Shown in pieces: positions 57,335 to 64,000 of a stretch of 64,000 nt of DNA (its first letter is position 1; every line of letters starts with the position of its first letter). This DNA comes from Eledone cirrhosa (Eukaryota). Made by a program: the position numbers and the translations under genes. The stretch is taken from positions 98,270,001 through 98,334,000 of the forward strand of contig OZ024741.1 of the NCBI GenBank assembly GCA_964016885.1, given 5' to 3'. A model generated the notes under the pieces. That model was not told the origin of the DNA and made no database searches. It saw only the letters and a list, made by a program, of their open reading frames with translations.

Positions 57335-57396
57335 ATATATATATATATATATATATGTGTGTGGGGGGAGGGGGTATGTGTGTGTGTATATATGTA

Positions 57397-57459
<63 letters not shown>

Positions 57460-57501
57460 ACATATATATATATACATATATATACATATATGCATTTATA
57501 C

Positions 57502-57577
<76 letters not shown>

Positions 57578-57587
57578 TATATATAAT

Positions 57588-60500
57588 TGGTGTGAGATGC
57601 TTAAAGCGTTCGTAAGCGGTAGGCCGTTTGAACACTCGATGCTGTTACAGAGCAGAGTATGATGTCACATAAGAAATGGAGAATCAGTATTGCGACGAAT
57701 AAAATTTATTAGACATATTACAATCGTTTCTCTGGTGACCAGCTCGAGGCATGATCGATGTAGTGATCGAACCTGACTCTGAAATCGCAAGGTCGTCAGA
57801 TACGTCTCGATTCTACGAAGCAGAGTTTCCAAATGTCCAGACACACCCGCGGCTCTCACCCGGCAACTTAGATCCTGTTGTTGTTGTCATTCTATGAGTG
57901 GTTAAGTATTGTACACGTCATCAGTATTTTTGGCCACTCATAGCCGTCTTATATTTGGTGCTTTTCAATCGCCACCTGTCAATCAAAGTTGTTTCTTAAA
58001 TCGGAATTACTACTGTAGGAGGTAAGGTGTTGTATTGAACCGCTTGCACCCTGTCGCCGCCCTCTCAGCCTGTAGTCGCCCTTACCCATGTCCATGTTTC
58101 GCGCATGTGTGATACATACGGGCACTTATACACCCACAGCGATCACGTACACACCCGCAACTGTATTATTTGCGAAAATCACAGTAGATATTGAATGTGC
58201 AACGAATACTTATAAATAATTTTTTTTTTTAATGGAAAACATTTAACAGAACGTTTAATAAAAACACACCCTCAAAATACCTTAAAAAACACACATTTCA
58301 AAAAGAAAAACCCTGTAGAAAGAACGTTTTCAAAAGAATGGTTGAAATAGCAAGTAACAGAAAAGTTACTTCAAAGGTTTTTGATAAATATTCACATATC
58401 TACACACACACAATGTACTCAGGAAAGCGTATATAGTTAAGACGCTGCACATATATAGAGATGAAAAATGGGAAGATCTACACATACACATGCATACACC
58501 TACACAGACATGTTTATACAAATACATCCACCCAGACATACATCTACCCGCGCATGGTCATGCTTACACATCTCAAAAAAAGCAGATACTTGATGAATAC
58601 CTACACATCCACAAACACGCAACTGTGCACATGGCGCATAAAATATTATATGAGACAACATTCTTGAGGCTTGAACCCAACCCATTCATGTGGTGATATA
58701 AGCCTGAAAGTGCATGCACAATATGCATAAATGTAATAGGGACGTATTAGCCATGCCCTAATTACAGATAACATGGGTGGCACCTATATATAAATGCGTG
58801 AACATACATAAAATGAAATAAAATAAAATAAGATAAAATAAAGTACTGGAAAAACGTATCTGTTCACGCCACCCGGACATTATCGGGATGTGCATAAAGT
58901 TGCATAAAAATACTTGAGGACTGTGGTGCATAGGGTTATATATGATACAGAGGGACTGACGATCCAAGGGACTGGGTAAGAGCCTGCACATCAACCATGC
59001 ACATGAGACAGGTTTCATGACTGGTGGACGTATTGTGAATGTGTAGAATATCCTTTTCATAATAGTATATATGAAATGTACATGGAATGGATGCATACAT
59101 GGAACATATCGGGAATGTATAGAATGTGTTTCGTAACAGTATATATGAAATGTACATTGAATGGATGCATGAGTGGAATATACGAGCGGCTTGTATTGTA
59201 GGCGTGTAGATAGCAACGGCAGGCAAAGTTAGAATTAACTGCCACACTAACCCTAAGACCATCATCAAGTCGAACATCAAAGTCGCAAATTAAACATCAC
59301 GGATCGAAAATTAAACGAGTCGAAAATTTAAAAATTAAAAATCAAAAGTTCAAATTCAAATTCAAAACCACACATAAGGTTGTAGACAAAATCAGACTTA
59401 TATAGAGTTGGCATCCCCAAGTTGGTGGGATGATGTTATCCAAGGTATGTTACGAGGTAGGTATCGTTGGATCTGTCGTTGATATCAGCTTATTCCGCCT
59501 TGCATTCACAGGTACTCTGTGGTATATCGTGGTCCGCTGCATGCGCCCCACCTGGCATTGTCGTACCGGTAGTGCCTTAGATAGACCCATCTGGTATCAT
59601 TAAAGCGGAGAGCGTGCATTTATGTTGGTGTCTGCAGCCAGGATGATTTCAGATATGAGGCTGGCTGCGTCTCCCTTTAGTTTTACTATCTCCATTGCCT
59701 CGGACAATGCACCTCAACTCGCCAGCCGAGTACGCATTCCAGCTGAGGTCAAACTCTGTGCCACTGTTTTTGAGCCCCCATGTTGGGTCCGCCAGTCTGG
59801 TGGAGTGTCCCTTGTTCTTGTCATTGAAAGAGCTCTTGTGGTTGTACATCCTCGATTTAAAAGTCGTGGATGTTGCCCAGATGTAGGTGTGCCTATCATT
59901 GTGCGTGGTAACCACACATCTCTAGACAACGCCCTTTGTCAGGCACATTCCCTGCAGAGGGCACTCCTCTCCTACTCGGCAGTTACATGTCCGTGCATCA
60001 TTTTTGTTATTTCCTTTATGTGGGCCTGACGTCTTATTCGGGTTCTCCCCGGTCCTCATGTGGTGTTCCGGCAGAGTAGCAGACTCAGTGTTCACCACCT
60101 GCTGGTCTCTGTTGTCAGGTGCTGCGTCCTCTACGGCTACAGCTCCACCCCCAGGCACATCTCCAGAACCACTAGCCACTTCCCCATGCGCTCCACTCAG
60201 CCCCACCCCCGACGTGCCTGAAGCCTGTAGAGTTTGTCTGCGGGGTGTCCTCAATTTCATTGCGTTGGCTTTGGCTATGTAGTCTGCCATGTTGGGTGCT
60301 GTGGGTAATGAGAACTTCACGGTGTGGTAGTTGAATATTTTGTGGTACCTGTGGGATGCCGGGAAACACTCATCCAATGCCCTGAAGAAGAGTCCTGGCA
60401 CATTAGTGCATACATGCTTAGAGTATGGTGCATTGAACCATGTTATGTTTCTAGACCTATTCTTATTTCGTCGTCTGCTACTAGTAATGTGTGCAGTGTC

Positions 60501-60733
60501 ATGTTGTTATCTCTGGTTACGCCCTACTCCTATTTCATCCCCTATTCTATCCCTATGCTTAGAACTACCATTTAAGTCGGGAGAGAGGCATTCACTTACA
60601 TTGCTGTTCTGGACACGTTTACTAGCCCTAGTTTTCATCCCCGTCCTGCTACCCGAGTATCCCGCCGTATAATTGTTGGTGTTCTTTATCCTGGTGTTAT
60701 CTCTAACGTGTTCTATGTCCTGTGTTGCGTTAG
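57588..60733 (-). mobile_element. 5'-truncated Penelope-like element (RT thumb, GIY-YIG, long 3' region) between (TA)n runs
   Basis: NITWFNAPYS, FPASHRYHKIFNYHTVKFS, CNCRVGEECPLQGMCLTKGVV* and TYIWATSTTFKSRMYNHKSSF at 59.6-60.45 kb; hammerhead and AATAAA near 57.7 kb. Joining the two parts into one element is an inference. Confidence 0.75.
57714..57804 (-). ncRNA. Type I hammerhead ribozyme candidate with long, partly decayed stem II
   Basis: CGTAT-CTGACGA-(about 62 nt, partly paired)-GAAAC-GATT-GTA-ATATG, followed by AATAAA. Confidence 0.65.
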
Positions 60734-61273
60734 CATATATATATATATATATATATATATATCATAGTCCAATGTTTGAACAGCAACCGATACCAGGATG
60801 AAGATATTGCTGTGAGACTTGTTGCAAAATAGCCTGCAGGCTAGCTAGTCAGATACCACTGACATTAAGATTGTCACATCAGGACAGGAGGAGGGAAAAA
60901 AATATAAACCAAGGTTAGAAACTTAGAAGTAATAACAAGCAAATGAACATTGAAATTCGGTACTAATGAACGCGGACAGATTTAAATCATTTTCTTTAAA
61001 AAATCTTTAGAGGTAATTTAAAAATAGAACCTAAACAAATTGCTTTCAAAAGTCAGGCTGAGATTGAAGTTTGTTCACGAATGATTGACCAATCAGCAAA
61101 ATACTCTTCTACAGAAGTTTAATATATTTGAAGTAGCATTCTTTTATTTTATTTTTTTTTTTTTTCAAAGGCGATTTTCAGCTTAAAGCTTAGATGATTT
61201 TTGGAAATTAGTTGTGCAAAAACTAAAGCAAATAAATAAATAGCACTCAAACACATAGATATAATATACATAC

Positions 61274-61321
<48 letters not shown>

Positions 61322-61336
61322 ATTTATTTATTTATT

Positions 61337-61397
<61 letters not shown>

Positions 61398-61903
61398 ATG
61401 TATGTATGTGTATGTATATATACGTTTATACATATATATATATATGATCAAAAGCAAAAAAACTGATTAGCGACATGAAAGAAGACCTTTGATGTTCTGT
61501 AATCCCAATGTACTTACATATACTTATTGTTGCCAACAAGCTTAATTCTCGCTTTCATATTTAACAGACTGACCTTTATGTTAGTTGACTACAAAATATG
61601 TCAAGAGAATGAATTCATTCTTCAGAAGTAATCTGTTGATATTCTGCATTCATTTTGTTTGTTTTTTGTACAATTTACTTTGTCCCTTTATTTCATATTT
61701 GCTGTTATTTTTCAATTTTTGGAATTGAAACCTTATCTAGAAATATATAATATTTTTCTGCAGTTAAAATATACTTTTTACATCTTAGCAGGCTCTGGGA
61801 AATTCGTAAACAAATAACAGTGCATTTGTACTTACAAAATCCTTTCTGTGGTAACCACATATCGGGGGTAACCACAGTAAGTAAGGTACTCAAGAGTATA
61901 AAT

Positions 61904-62428
61904 ATTTAATATAGAAATGGGATTCTACGGGACTTGAACTGTTTCATTCGGGAGAAATCATCAGGATGCCGGCTGTCCAAGTAATATGGTGGTATTTATA
62001 TATTTTCTGGTGGTGGGAGAGGGTGGTGATTGAGATGGTTGGAGGTCATTGGTTAATGGGTTTCAAGAAAAGGGAATTCTTTAAAACTATATTTAGAGAA
62101 ATAAAGGCAGAAAAAATCAAGCTCCCATTGAGAGGCACTCCTGATTTTTAAGGTTCATTTATTCCAAGCAAACAGTAACTATTCATTGGTAAGGTCTGCC
62201 AAAATGATCAGGTGTCTACAATCACACACATAACCTCTAAATATAGTTTTTAAAGAATTCCCTTTCCTTGAAATCTATCAACCAATGACCTTCCCTCATT
62301 CCAATAACCACCCTCTTCTACTACCAGAAAATGTATAAATACCACCATATTACTTGGACCGTCGGCTTTCTGATGATTTCTGCCGAATGAAACAGCTCTA
62401 GTCCTGTAGAAGCCATTTCTATATTAAA

Positions 62429-62429
<1 letters not shown>
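61904..62429. repeat. Fold-back element, about 195-bp arms, with hammerhead cores, abutting (TA)n
   Basis: 61904-62098 is a diverged reverse complement of 62235-62429; CTGATGA..GAAAC is retained in both arms. Confidence 0.88.
62364..62414 (+). ncRNA. Type I hammerhead ribozyme
   Basis: GGCTTT-CTGATGA-T-TTC-TGCC-GAA-T-GAAACAG-CTCTAGTC-CTGTA-GAAGCC: stem I 6 bp, stem III ACAG/CTGT, GUA site. Confidence 0.78.
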
Positions 62430-62463
<34 letters not shown>

Positions 62464-63023
62464 CAGTAGTCTCCCGCTATATCGCGATTCACTTTTCGCT
62501 GTCCCGCTACATCGCGAATTTTTCGTTAGAACATATCTATTTTCTAAACGCGGTACGTACGTCTGAATAAAAAGTGTTTAGAATTTAAACTTATTAAATA
62601 AGTTTCGATGTGATTGGAGTGTATAGCTTAAGAAATGGGCATTTTAAGCCTTTAACTACAAAAAATTGTTTTTATTTTTCATTCCATTACTGTTTTACTG
62701 ATTGTCTTTTTTCTCTAATCTACTACAAAACCTTCATAGATTGACGGGAGATGTACAGTATATTACCCAAGCGGCTAACGTGACTGGTAATGGTCGTTGT
62801 TGGTAACTAGTGGTACGATCGATGGTGGTGGTTTATATACGATCGTTACAGGCTGTTTTTTGGTGTTTAAATACAGAAGTGTGTTTTAATGTTTTTATAT
62901 GAACTTAAAGGCTTAAACTAGGAAAACAACGGTTGTCTTTAGGGTCTCCCTATATTGCGGATCATCATTTATCGAAGTTGGTTCTGGAGCTGGAATGTAT
63001 CCCCCCACGAGAAACGGGGGATT

Positions 63024-63027
<4 letters not shown>
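62464..63027. mobile_element. Tigger/pogo-like MITE
   Basis: TA-CAGTAGTCTCCCGCTATATCGCG at left versus CCACGAGAAACGGGGGATTATTG-TA at right: imperfect TIRs with TA target duplication; non-coding interior. Confidence 0.65.
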
Positions 63028-63097
<70 letters not shown>

Positions 63098-63894
63098 AAG
63101 AGACACCCGCATGTATATCAATACATAATTATATGAGGTATTTATACATAATTTAGTGTTTTGTACGTGATCATGATGAGAGATTCTCCGTCGGTTATTA
63201 GGATGCACCTTCAGTTCTTCAATTAATTAACAGACCAATTCGTGAAATGACGTGTAAAAAAGTACTCATGTGTACGCGTAACGTACTTCTTTGGAAAGCC
63301 AGACTTTGGTACAATCCACCAAACCTGCAACCACTCTGATTCCACCTATTACATTTAGATCAGAAGAGTGATGCGAACTGATACTGTGCTAATACATTTT
63401 ACCCAAGAAGAAATACAGTTGGCTCCAACACTGTTACTCATAATTTGGAAGCTAACGTTTAACCAATCAGCTATCCTGTATAGAATGAGAGAAACAGAAT
63501 ATTAATCACATTTGTTAAATTGTTCACAGAGAGGCGTATAACCTGTAGTTATAACTATATTAAACTGGATTCACTAATATACGTCATGTTGCAAATAAAT
63601 ATTTATTATTTAATTACTTACAGGGCTGACAAATGCACATATTGCAAATTTGAATAGAAAGATGCATATGTAATATCTAATATATTTCTGTGTACAACGA
63701 GAACAACAATATATGTATATATATATGTATATATGTATATGTGTGTATGTGCACACACACACACACATATATATACATAAATATATATATTCATTTATTT
63801 ATATGTGTGTGTGTCTCTCTCTCTCTCTATCTCTCTCCCCTCTATCTCTCTCTCCCATCTCTCTATCTCTCTCTCCCTTTGTATATATATATAC

Positions 63895-63998
<104 letters not shown>

Positions 63999-64000
63999 GA

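Noticed and set aside
61789-61876. Possible plus-strand exon (TTAG ... CA|GTAAGT, open frame RLWEIRKQ..GVTT)
   Set aside because: Splice-like signals arise often by chance in AT-rich DNA; no recognisable peptide or partner exons. RNA-seq would be needed.

Overview
AT-rich, microsatellite-dense eukaryotic non-coding DNA, most likely cephalopod (Octopus-like); this is inferred from the SINE family and the (TA)n/(CA)n/(ATT)n load, not verified. No host protein-coding exon can be supported, and most supplied ORFs are translations of microsatellites. The window is a retroelement graveyard. It contains a near full-length but frameshifted Tx1/L1-clade LINE (31.2-37.0 kb) plus four related fragments, and several Penelope-like elements (PLEs; the best is 23.3-28.0 kb with RT, GIY-YIG and an inverted pseudo-LTR). 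It also holds fragments of R4/Dong-, CRE- and RTE-type non-LTR elements, about 20 copies of one tRNA-derived SINE and two Tc1/mariner-type MITEs. The most striking signal is about 10 type I hammerhead ribozyme motifs from mutually dissimilar sequence families. They mostly sit in short non-coding elements anchored in (TA)n, many of them long fold-backs, and several have a non-canonical first pair of stem II. All structures were read by eye; none was computed.
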